A stretch of 63,207 bases of DNA, counting the filler, from Dugesia japonica (taxonomy: Eukaryota), in the NCBI GenBank assembly GCA_001938525.1. It is 6 parts of 6 records of this genome, joined end to end, with 100 filler letters (N's around TTAATTAATTAA, not from the genome) between each part and the next. Parts side by side here need not be neighbours in the genome. Positions count along the whole stretch, not along the records: positions 10,817 to 21,743 come from MQRL01615993.1; positions 21,844 to 33,037 come from MQRL01646916.1; 4 more parts are not named here. One strand, given 5' to 3'. Below, in pieces: positions 12,963-23,908 of this stretch. Each line of letters begins with the position of its first letter. The first letter of the stretch is position 1. Below the pieces are notes generated by a model. The model searched no databases and was not told where the DNA came from. It was given only the letters and a program-made list of their open reading frames with translations. A program made the translations under genes and the position numbers.

Positions 12963-14587
12963 CAATGATTGTATTTATCATAATTAATTACCATATTTAC
13001 GAAATAAAATGTAAGATAATATTTCTATTATTTTTCACAACTTTAGAGTAAGTATTTATACTTAATTTTACAATTTTTTGTAATATTTTGACAAAGTTAA
13101 AACTCAAAATACTAAAAAAATGGAAAAAATTAAATATCAACTATATAAAATAGATATACAAAATATTCTCATTACATAACTAGTAAAAAAATCCAATTTA
13201 ATCGATTTACATTTAGATATTCAATATATTATCGATCTTTGTTTAAATGTATNTACTATATATGAATAATGATTATTGAAACAAAATATCAAACTAAGTA
13301 ATATTATTAGGCAAACAATTTAAACATTTTTCAGAGTGAGAGTAATACTTTCTTGTTTTATTTATTTATTTTTAATTAATAATTTATAATAGAATGAAAA
13401 ATTTATTCATTATTCTGAACATCTTTAATGGATTCATTGTTTAAATAAAAAAGATTATTTTCAATTGAAATTATTTAAAATAACTTTCCAAAAAACATCA
13501 ACGTAAATTATTTTAATTTTACTTTAAATAATAAATTAAAATCTGCATTCAATTTTTAGAATTTATATTGTACTGAGCAGAAATTATATAATTGGACATA
13601 AGTCATCCATTACGGAAATTTTCAAAAGTCAATAAACATTAATTATACTTATGCTTTTATTAACAATACGATTAGTATGAATTACTTAATTTAGTGTTCT
13701 CGTAAAAAATGAAATATATTAGAAAAATCAAAACAAATAATCATATCTTTATTTCGAGTAATTTTTAATTACCTAAAATAGTAAATAAAAATTTGTTAAA
13801 ATATGGTCTGAAGTAATTTTTTTTAGAAGTATTAAAATGAACTGTTTTTCTGTTTTAATGGATAGATATTTGGATAAAATAATCTTTATTGGAAAACAAA
13901 ATCAATTTAATATAGATTTTTACAATTTTAATTATTGCGAGAATAATTTTTGAACTTAANNNNNNNNNNNNNNNNNNNNNNNNNNNNNGTCGATCAAAAT
14001 GTTGTTTTTTTTATACTTAGTTGTTTTTAATATTGATATAGATTTTGTAATTTATTTTAAGTTAATCTTAATCAATAAAATTTGTTGGATTATTTTATTA
14101 TTGTACCGATAATAATATGATCAATGTACTGAAAATAATGATCGTTGAAATAATAATTCAATAAATTGGTTTTCACAGCGGAATTATATAACGATACCAA
14201 CTATACAGTTCCCGTGACTCACTAAGTACCCAAAAAAAGCTGGCTGCAAAGAAACTCAAAGAATAGAAAAATATCGGAATAAATAAAGGTTAAATCTATA
14301 TTAAATAAGAAATCAAGTAAAAAAGAAAATGAAAATATATTTATTTACGATAAAACAAAGTAAAGATCAAACCATTATAATAAAAACAATATAAAAAGTT
14401 GGTTATACGGGAAAAAAGAAATACAATACAATTCGTTTAATATTACATTTAGTCGATGCAATTTATTTATCTATCGACTTCTATGGAATTTCATGGAATA
14501 TTTAGTTATGTCTATACAATTTCTATAAATTATATGATACTTCTATGTAAAACAAATCTAAACTGTTCTCGTGAGCACTTATCCATC

Positions 14588-14590
<3 letters not shown>

Positions 14591-14627
<37 letters not shown>
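14591..14627. repeat. (TA)n microsatellite
   Basis: Direct inspection. Confidence 0.95.
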
Positions 14628-14634
<7 letters not shown>

Positions 14635-15557
14635 ATTATAATTATCATTACAAAATAATACAATTCTCTATTATTAGAATTCAATTCTTACAATGTCCAT
14701 CAGTCATTGGTTAGTCTTATGATCTTTATCTTATTATTTTCGATATAAAATAAAATTTTTATTTATTATAAATATGTATTTATGCTTGTAACGATTGCTA
14801 GAGATTCTGTTATAACTCCTTAGAGTTTAGATATCTTTAAAATGTTTCTTTTTAATAAATGTACTACTACTGTTTAACGATCAATATTAATAAATCTATG
14901 TAAAAATATTTTTAATAAATTTATTAAATTAAAAGATTCAATTAAAATGTTGTTTCTTTTATATTTTTTATAATTTTTTAGTTGTGGTTAATATTTCAAA
15001 TTTTCGACTTTATAGTCGAACTTAAAACAATATTTTGATCGAATCTTGTAATTTAATGGAATTTCAAATGCAATCAATGTTTAAGTCAAACAATTATTCT
15101 CTCAATAATTGTAATTGTAAAACGTTTAGTAAATTTAATCTAAATATTAATAAAAAAAAACTGAGAACTTTGAATTAATGAAAAGCATTAAATATAAATT
15201 TTTAAATTTATAATACTAAGTTATACTTCTAGTTTTGTTATGTAAATTTCTTATTGAAATAATTCACCGATTATTAATAATTAACAATAAGAGTTTATTT
15301 AATGAAACAATACTAAAATAACTTTTTATAGATACATATATTTACCTTAACATATGAAGCTATTCAATTAAAACTGTGTTTATCTTATTTATCAAGCAAA
15401 AATATATCATAAAATCTATTTTATCCAGCCCAATTGTTTCTAAATGATCTTTTATAATTAATAAGCAATTTGAAATATTATAATAATATTTCAATATATA
15501 TAAGTAGTGGGAAAAAGACGAATATAATTCAAGGGGGTATGCTAGCCTAACATGTAA

Positions 15558-15800
15558 AAATTTGACACTTTACATTTTTTATGAAAAAATTTTACATTAA
15601 AAAGTGTTTTCCTAAAGACATTATTTTTTTATTTTTAATGTCACAAATATCAAATTTTCACAATGAAAAAGTTTTCTTCAAAAACTTTGTCATCAAAGAA
15701 AATTTGATATGTGACATTAAAATTAAAAAATAATATCAAACAAAACACTTTATTTAAAGTAACAAAAATTTTTTCATAAAAAATCTAAAGTGTCAAAAAT
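15558..15800. repeat. ~240-bp imperfect palindrome near the element end
   Basis: Arm pairs tttgacactttacattttttatgaaaaa / ttttcataaaaaatctaaagtgtcaaa and ttaatgtcacaaatatcaaattttc / gaaaatttgatatgtgacattaa; centre aaagtttt-cttca-aaaacttt. Confidence 0.85.
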
Positions 15801-15969
15801 GCGCGAGTGAAATCTAAACATGTCAAATTAAAAATATCCTTTTCGCGCAAAAAAAATGTGCGAGACTTTTAAGAGGAAACATGAAAGAGGAATAATATAA
15901 AATGTAAAATGTTAAATGGAAAATCTAACTCCTTTTAGTGGGTGTATGATTAAATTATTTCTTTAGAAA

Positions 15970-16530
15970 ATGAGTGCTATAATAAGATGTGAAAACTGTG
16001 GAAAGGTGTTTAAGAATTTAGGAGGTAAAATGGGACATGCAAGATCTCGAACTTGTAATAGAAATGAAATAGTATTTCAATGTGAAAAATGTCGTTGAAC
16101 ATTTAGAACAGAAAATGGTTTACGAGAACATTTAAATTCATCAGTTTGTGGAAATTCAATTAATGTACCATTAAAATGTGAGATTTGTAATAAAACATTT
16201 ACAAGACAAAATCTNNNNNNNNNNNNNNNNNNNNNNNNNNNNNNNNNNNNNNNNNNNNNNNNNNTTTTATTTAGAGAATTACCACAAGAAGAAGCAATTG
16301 ATTATAATCCAGAAATTAGAGATATTTTTAGAATGTACAAAGATTATGAAATTGAATATTTTAAAGAAAGTAAAGTGGTAATGAGAAAAAATGTGGAACC
16401 AATTATTAGAGATATTAAAACATTTCAAAATCAAGTTAAAGAAATTATTACAAAGTATTTTAGATATGGAAAAAAGATTTTTATAAGTATGCCAGTAAAA
16501 TGTAGATATACAAAAGATATAAAAAAATTC
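15970..16530 (+). pseudogene. Truncated ORF with tandem zinc fingers, probably a pPolB N-terminus
   Basis: MSAIIRCENCGKVFKNLGGKMGH...FQCEKCR*TFRTENGLREHL...LKCEICNKTFTRQN. Polinton pPolBs often begin with C2H2-type fingers. Confidence 0.6.
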
Positions 16531-17228
16531 AATTCAATTCTATCAATATATATTTTATGTTGTCTTGATGTTACTCTTTCAATTTCTTCAGTTAATTTAA
16601 AAATTATAGGTTTAAATTTTTCTATATCTAATTTAATTTTATCAATATAAGCCATATGATTGTCAAAAGTTTTCTTATTTAAATCTTTATGTAAAATCTT
16701 AATTTTAGTGTATAATATTTCAATTTCTTTTTTAATTTTTTTAGGTAAATCATCATCAACTAATCTTTTAAAATTAATTAATAAATCACTTCTTTTAAAT
16801 GGAAAACCTTCTAACCTAATTGTTTTAATCTCAGAATCTATTTTATCAAATGTTTCTTGATTACACTTCTTTGTTAAATTTTTAATTTTCTCATTTATAC
16901 TTTTAACATTAACATTCAAATCTTATAATTCATCAGCCTTAGATTGTAAATAAAGTTTGTTAGATGTAAAATTATCAATCTTTAATATTTTAATAAAAAT
17001 TAATTCATGTTTTTCTATTTTATTTTCTAATTGTTTAATGTATTGTAAATTAACTGCATCATGTAAATCTTTAGGCTCTTCTGTTATTTTTAAACATGTT
17101 ATTGTGTCACCTGTTTCATCTACAAATTTATTTTCATTTGTTGCATCTGACATTCTAATTTTAGCATCAACATGTTTTAATACTTGTGAATTATTTACAT
17201 TGAATATACTTTCTCCAAACTTATTCAT
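16431..17228 (-). pseudogene. Fibre-like/coiled-coil Maverick protein (two in-frame ORFs split by one TAA)
   Basis: MNKFG start; FVDETGDTIT...EPKDLHDAVNLQY resembles a tail-fibre-type motif; ORFs 16923-17228 and 16431-16919 share a frame. Confidence 0.5.
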
Positions 17229-17674
17229 TGTCCTTTTATTAATCTTAAATTATCATATAAAATTTTCATCTCTGAAATTATTTCATCAAATTTGACATGA
17301 GACATTTTATATAAATAATAAATACACAAGATACCACAAATTTTAGTATCAAAATGTTGAACTTGAATTTTATTTTATTTCGTGGTGACTCTTGCGAGTC
17401 TTTCTAAAGATTTTAAACCAAAAGAGTCAAAATAGACTGCTTTGGTTTGTGCTTTGCCGTAATAACCGTTGGTGTAACAAACCCAATGTGTTCCTTTTTG
17501 ATTTGTATTTTGATAATTAAAAATATAATTTTTTCTGGAACCCTGAAAGATTCCTGGTATTTCATTTTTCAAATAAATTTCTAAATCCATTTGTAAAAAG
17601 TCTGCAATTGAATATAAATCAAAATTTGTTGTTGTGTTAATTCCAAATGTTTTCAAGAAATCAATCAATGACAT
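17225..17674 (-). pseudogene. Adenain-like (adenovirus-type) cysteine protease
   Basis: GTHWVCY...YFDSFG; after one in-frame TAA, QVQHFDTKICGILC supplies the oxyanion Gln and catalytic Cys. Confidence 0.9.
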
Positions 17675-17709
17675 TTTCTTAAATCTAAAAAATGGGTCAC
17701 GCCGTGGCT

Positions 17710-18460
17710 CTATAATTGATATTTTCTTAAATGAACTAAAATAGAAATCATCTCTTGGTTAAAATCAATTCTGTTAAAATTTTCATCCACAATGTTAAAT
17801 TTTATAATATCAATATATTTTGTATTAATTTTAGAATAAATTGTTACAGATGGTCTTTCAAGAATTTTAAATCCAAAAAGAACTGTGTTAATTGGAAATG
17901 AATACAATAAATTTATTTGTTTGGTATTTCCTTCTGGAGATTTTACATAATTACCTTTAACAATATTACAAGTTATATTTATCATGTTAATAAGTGTAAT
18001 GTAAAATTCTTTTTCTGAATAATTTTTTCCTGTTTGATAAGGTTTTACTTCAAAACCTAACATTTTATGAAAAAAAGATTTATCATCAAAAGTTAAAATG
18101 TTTTCTGTTTTCATATTACATTTTGTGGTTGAAGTGTCGGGCAAAACTTCTATTCCATATTTTTCTAATTTATTTGATATTTATTTTATTTCATATGCAC
18201 CAGGTTCAATTTTATTTTCTCCATGTTCAATTTTAATTTTCTTTGCAACAGGTTCAATTTTATTTGCAACAGGTACAATTTTATTTGCAACAGGTACATG
18301 TTAAATTTATTATTTAAATCTGTTATGTTAAAAATAATATTGTAACATGTAAAACAAATTAATCCAAGTTCATACTCTAAATCTAATTCTATAGGAAATT
18401 TTAAATCTAATTTTAAATCCTGTTCTTTTCCAACTACTAAGAATTGATGTGATATTCTTT
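17710..18460 (-). pseudogene. Polinton minor capsid (penton-like) protein
   Basis: N-terminus LKFPIELDLEYELGLICFTCYNIIFNI..NNKF..IEPGAYEI; C-terminus ITCNIVKGNY..LLYSFP..IKFNIVDENFNRIDFNQEMISILVHLR. Confidence 0.8.
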
Positions 18461-18549
18461 TCTTAAGAGAAATATTTAGATTTATATTTTTTATAAATCT
18501 TATCAGATATTAAACCCTTCACCTTTAATTTTTTACATATTGTTTTAAT

Positions 18550-19473
18550 TTATTCATGTAAATTATGATGTCCTGATTTTGCTGCTGAAATTAATAATGT
18601 TAACTTTTCAAATAAACCTATTATTCCTTTTCCTTCAGCTTTGTTTTTTGGTCTACCTATTTTAGATTTTAATATTTCTCTTAAAAATTTACAGTATTCA
18701 TCATCAATAGTTTCTTTTACCATTTTTAAATAAATCTCAATAAAATATTTTATTGTTTTATTTTTCTTTATATTCCCTTTATTTCCTAAAATTATATGCA
18801 CTAAAATAACATTATACGCATGAGTTTCTTCACCGATAACAAAATATTTAAGATTTCCCCTTTTATATAAAAATAACTCTTCATCATTTCCTGAAAATTT
18901 TATTGTTATGAATTTTTTATCAGGTTCTCCTTTAGTAGCAACATTTGTAAAAAATATTTTTGGTGTTGNNNNNNNNNNNNNNNNNNNNNNNNNNNNNNNN
19001 NNNNNNNNNNNNNNNNNNTCAGGTTCTCCTTTAGTAGCAACATTTGTAAAAAATATTTTTGGTGTTGTTAATTCTGTTAATGCATTTTCATTTATTTTTA
19101 AATCATCCTTGAAAGAAATTGGTTGTATTTCATCTTTCCTTAATATTTCAATTTTTTTATCTTCATCTTTAATAGGTTCATCTTTAATTTTTTCAATTTC
19201 CTTTTGAATAGGATCATTAAAAACGGTTGGAATATTTGAAGTAAATGTTGGTTTAATTTGATTTTGATTTTGGCTTCGGGTTAATGCCGAAATTAATGGT
19301 TGTTGTAAAATTGATAATTCACTTTGTAAGTTTCTTGTTTGAATATTATTTTTACAGAAAAAATTATTATATTCTTCTTGAGCCGCAATTTGTTTTCTTA
19401 TTTCTATAATTCTTTTTTCAACTTGTTTCGTATTCATCTTCTTCTTCTTCTTCAGTATCTTCTTCTTCTTCAC
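18550..19473 (-). CDS. Maverick conserved core-like protein
   Basis: C-terminal GKGIIGLFEKLTLLISAAKSGHHNLHE matches the recurrent Maverick (R/K)LxLLxxxxxAG(N/H) motif; contains an assembly gap with duplicated flanks. Confidence 0.55.
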   Translation of the reverse strand: MKKKKILKKKKKMNTKQVEKRIIEIRKQIAAQEEYNNFFCKNNIQTRNLQSELSILQQPLISALTRSQNQNQIKPTFTSNIPTVFNDPIQKEIEKIKDEPIKDEDKKIEILRKDEIQPISFKDDLKINENALTELTTPKIFFTNVATKGEPXXXXXXXXXXXXXXXXXXTPKIFFTNVATKGEPDKKFITIKFSGNDEELFLYKRGNLKYFVIGEETHAYNVILVHIILGNKGNIKKNKTIKYFIEIYLKMVKETIDDEYCKFLREILKSKIGRPKNKAEGKGIIGLFEKLTLLISAAKSGHHNLHE

Positions 19474-19499
19474 TATTTTCTATATAATTATTTTGACTT

Positions 19500-19945
19500 A
19501 CTCCTTTCCAAGGGTTTAAATATAAACCTTTTCCTTTGTGAACTACACGAATTCCTTCTTTAAATTTTTTTGTTACACCTTTTAATTTAGGATTAATATT
19601 TTTTAAATATTTATGAATTGCAGAACCTTGCCATGGATTTAAATATAAAACTTCTCCTTTGTTTTCAAGTTATTCGGTTTCTTTTTGTGTTTTAATTGCT
19701 TCTCTAGAACTTGCCACGGTTGATGCAACTCCAGATGCAATGCTTGCAGCTCCAGATAATGCTCCAATAATTTCAGGAATTGCAGCAAGAAATGCAAATC
19801 CTCCCTCTTTTGGTTGCTTTTTAATTTCATCTTTTACTTTTTTACTAATATAATAATTTTTACCATCAATCTTTACAGATTTACATTTCTTTGAATTTAT
19901 TATCTTTTCTAATTCTTCTTCTGTTGGATTCGTTGCACTCGTCAT
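19500..19945 (-). pseudogene. pX/Mu-like adenain substrate with amphipathic helix
   Basis: EGGFAFLAAIPEIIGALSGAASIASGVASTV resembles adenovirus pX (GGFLPALIPIIAAAIGA); continues past a stop into GEVLYLNPW. Confidence 0.7.
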
Positions 19946-19948
19946 TTT

Positions 19949-21743
19949 CTATATTAAAAATATACATGTTAATGTTTTATTTATTAAGTGCAATCTTAAA
20001 TGCCAAATTTGACAATTTTCACATTCAAACTTATTTCCATGTGGCCAGGTTTTTGCAGCATTATCTTCAATAATTCTTTTATCATCATATCCCATTAATG
20101 CAATCTTTTTTTGTTTTACAATTTCAATTTCGTGTAAGTTGGATGTTAAAGAATAATTTGTTCCATAAATTATTTTACTAGGATTTTTTAAAACTTCATC
20201 AAAATCTTTCATTAATAATTTATTATTTCTTTTAACACCTTTATTTCTTAAATCAAATATTGTTTGATTTCTGTCAATATTACCCAGAGGGACCCATGAA
20301 TATCCATAAGAATTTGCTTTTATAAAATCTCCTTGAATTATTTCAGATTCAGGAATTTCATCTTTCATCTGAAATGATTCATTTCCTAGTAAGCTTTCTA
20401 ATTTTATTAAATTATCTCTACCTTTTATCTCTATAAAGATACAATCGGTATTTTTTATAATTAATGGAAATTCACAATTAAATGATCCATCTTCGGTTTC
20501 AATATCATAAACATCTTCAATGCCTTTTCTTAAGAATCTAACTGTTTGCACATTAGTTGAAATTTCTGATTTTGTTTGCATTGCACTAAAACAATTTGGT
20601 TTATCTTTTCTTTCTGAAACAACTAAATTAATTCCTAAAGATGTTGTTAAATAATACAACTGTGTAAAAAATTCTTTTCCTTTTTGTGTAAAACCAATTG
20701 TTTTATAACTATTTTTTCCATTGAAACTTTTAGTTCCATCTGCTGCATAAAATCATGTAAAGAATCAACATCTAACATCAAATGATGCATTTAAAATATA
20801 TTCAGGAATTTATTTAGTTCTTTCAAATTCATTATAATAATTTTTAGAATAATACTTTGCATGTTTTATAGGATTTTGTAAATGAAGTTTATAAACATGC
20901 GATGATTTCATTGTATCGTATATCATTGTTTCTTTATTATAAACTTCTTTATGAAAGCTTTTTATTTTATTTAATAAATATAAATCTTGATTATTAAATG
21001 TACAACAATATCTTACTCCTGATTTATAATTATAAATTCCTGCTGATCCATTTCCAAGAAAGAAACCATCTATAAAAGCCGCCTTTAATTTTAAATCATT
21101 AGGTTCATTCTCATAAATATCAGATAAAATTTTATAAACATTTATTTCATTATTTGCTTCAAATAATTTATTGTGAAGTAATTTCGTTTCATTTGTTAAA
21201 TCTGTTGGTTTTGATTTGTTCACCTTTATCATTTAATAATGAATGATCTTGTGTTACATCTACAATTCCCATTTTAGTTCTTACTCTNTAAATCTTTTTA
21301 TTTGTNGTNTGNTTAATTACTTTATTTAATTTNACCCANTTACTTTTNGTCCATATTTCATAATTCTCTGGATAAGAATAATATTTTCCATCAAAGTTTT
21401 TTGTATAAGATTGATCTATTTCTGAAATCTTTTTTATTTAAACTTTATTATTTTTTCGTAGTATTATTGGAGTGTCAGATGTTACACTATCTGAATAATG
21501 AATTTTATAATTATTTTATCCAATTAAAGGTTGCATTTGTTCATATATAAAATTATACATTACTTGTTTTGCATGTTCAAGTATTGTGAATCTTATATAA
21601 GGAAATTTATTATATTTTAATTTTCCTTTTACCATATGCATTGCTGCAACATTGGCTTCGTTATTATCGTTTGTTGTGAAGATTTTACTTGATTTAAAAT
21701 TTATTTTAGATGCGAACTTTTGATAATCTCTGTCATTATCTAC
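19949..21743 (-). pseudogene. Polinton protein-primed PolB C-terminal half interrupted by an intein
   Basis: N-extein ..AAMHMVKGKLKYNKFPYIRFTILEHAK..KIHYSD; C-extein TDCIFIEIKG...KKIALMGYDDKRIIEDNAAKTWPHG. Highly similar to the pPolB at 8350-9100. Confidence 0.93.
20450..21488 (-). mobile_element. Intein with LAGLIDADG homing endonuclease (~346 aa) in PolB motif C
   Basis: Block A SVTSDTPIILR, block B GIVDVTQDHSLL, block C DGFFLGNGS, block E FYAADG, block F VYDIETEDGSF, block G IIKN|T. This copy has one +1 frameshift near 21210 and four stops. Confidence 0.93.
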
Positions 21744-22807
21744 NNNNNNNNNNNNNNNNNNNNNNNNNNNNNNNNNNNNNNNNNNNNTTAATTAATTAAN
21801 NNNNNNNNNNNNNNNNNNNNNNNNNNNNNNNNNNNNNNNNNNNGATGAAGTAATGCCTGACACAAGTACAAATACGGATATGATTGATGAGGAAATGATT
21901 GATTTACACTCTTTATGTAAAGTTCTCTATCAGATAGTAAATTGCATTGATTATAAAAATGTTAACTTTCTGTCTATAATAAGATGTGTACTTTTCATGT
22001 TTTTTGACCAAACCATAAGATATTATTTGATAATGTAAATTAATAAATAGTAGGTTTGTACGGGATAAATAAAACAAAAAACTCAGATTTACTCGGAGTT
22101 TCAATTTTAAAGGTCAGTTTTTGACATTTTTTTCTATTTAAAAGAGAACTATGAGAAATAGAGCAATGAAGTAATTATAGTAAATGTTTGTCTTAAAGAT
22201 TCCAATTGATACATGCATCATGATGATCGACTAAATGGATTGCTAAAATTAATTCTTTTGCCGGTCCTCTTTCCTTTGCCTGGTAATGACACTAACTTCT
22301 ATATGGTCACTTGTTCGATTTTGTATTTCAAAATTAGACATTATCAAAGTTTATTAAAATTAAATAAATCAATAATGTTTAAACAAATATGTTTAAATAT
22401 TATATCTAACAATATTTAAATATATTTCCTAGATAGGTTGGTCATTTTAAAAATTACATTTTTATAGTAAATTAATTATTAATCCAGAAAATGAGGATAA
22501 TAAATGTTTCTTTCGGTGTTCGTTAAAATCTTTTGAAACGATGGCATATATTTAATAAATCATTTCAAACATCATTTTAAAATAGATTTTATTACTTCAT
22601 GTTTTGACAGATTAGATTTCATTGTCAGTCAAAATTTTTAATCGAAATATAGAGCTTATTAAAGTACTAATAATATAATCAATTGCATTATCTCGTTAAC
22701 AAATCAAATTAATTTAAAATATTTAATAAAGATTTTTATGGATGCACTGCATATTTGACTTGGTAATCAAAACGTTTGTCTATTTTTCAAATTTGAGTTG
22801 TTCACCC

Positions 22808-23908
22808 TAAAATTGAATGCAAAGAGATTACTCAAGTACTCATAGACCAAGCAATAACAAGAGATATATCAGGGAGACATAGAATTTGCCCATATCCAAA
22901 ATTTAAGTTCAAGGAAAAGATAATAAATCTGGACGAACACAAAGAATTACTCTATACGTCATATTATGTGTGAAAAGTGTAAAGCACTAATATTTAAGCT
23001 TGACAATGAAGAAAACTTTAGAGAATCAATTCCCATGACATAAGTAGTATTTTAAAATTGTAACCGATTAATTCATTTGAACCCCGGGAAAATACAAATA
23101 TATCAAGAACTCATAGTCAAATGACCTAAGAGTTAGTAAAAGTGAGTATCCGTAGATTAGCATGCAATGAAAAACTCAATTAATGTTCATACCTATGTAA
23201 ATTCAAAGGAACCCGGATGTAAGTAAATGAACATATGTTCGACAAAGTAAAGAAATATGCAGGCTGTCACTTCCAATTTAGAACAGAGAATGGACCAACT
23301 GGAAGAAAATCTAAAGAATTATACTATCCAATTGATAAACGACTTATGCATAAAAATTCACAAAACAGAAAACAAATTATGGAGAGCTTTTAAAGAGAAA
23401 CCACATCAAACAACCCTATCTATGCCTACAACTACCCCAGATATCAAGTACTCGGTATTTCCTTACATATTATAAGTAGAAGTGTTTGCAGCCAAACTCG
23501 CTATTGCAAGTAATTACCAGACGAAAAGGATGGGCGTTGTACCAGCCCACCATTCAACTTATTTAAAGAAGGTTATATTGCGTCTCTCAGATTTTATCCT
23601 CATGAGGATGGGGCAGGAAACGGAAATTACCCAAGTGTTTTTTTTATAATCAGAAAAGGAAAATATTAGGATAAACTAAAATGGCCCATGTCAAACAATT
23701 TCAATATTAGAATAATCCCGGGATACAACAAAGGGTCTGAGGGACACGAAGAAACATTTAAAGGAAAATAAAACAAGATCTCCTATTAGAAACCTACATC
23801 TGATATGAACTTGGCTCAGGATGCTCAACATTCCTACAAATTAAAAAGCTGCTATCAGACTTCGTACAAAATGTTAGCATATTCATTGAGATAAGAAAAG
23901 CGAATTAG
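22808..23908 (+). pseudogene. Intronless TRAF-like pseudogene (zinc-finger remnants, coiled coil, MATH domain)
   Basis: MATH: SPPFNLFKEGYIASLRFYPHEDGAGNGNYPSVFFIIRKGKY*DKLKWP...KPTSDMNLA..FVQNVSIFIEI. Upstream DQAITRDI..ICPYP and CKFKGTR..NEHM; coiled coil at 23257-23400. Confidence 0.8.

Larger units (their letters stand above)
15503..21743 (-). mobile_element. Polinton/Maverick (adintovirus-like) element, partial, with intein-bearing pPolB
   Basis: Candidate terminus AGTAGT at 15503. Co-directional minus-strand genes: pPolB, pX-like, core protein, minor capsid, adenain, fibre-like. Cut off by the scaffold end. Confidence 0.88.

Noticed and set aside
16333-16860. Antisense ORFs overlapping Polinton and Gypsy genes (for example 16660, 16957, 18908, 19659, 36998, 54820)
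   Set aside because: Shadow frames of real genes on the opposite strand.
18919-19068. Direct repeat of ~50 bp flanking a gap (similar cases at 36617-36760 and 35542-35622)
   Set aside because: Identical sequence on both sides of an N run is typical of unmerged contig overlap, not a biological duplication.
20450-21488. Alternative reading as a Hedgehog/Hint domain or group I intron ORF
   Set aside because: It has both splice-junction residues, an internal LAGLIDADG domain, and sits in frame within the PolB catalytic motif, which fits a canonical intein.
16923-21520. Recurrent in-frame TAA/TGA codons as evidence of an alternative genetic code
   Set aside because: They occur alongside frameshifts and appear to replace different residues, and host genes end at standard stops; ordinary pseudogene decay explains them.
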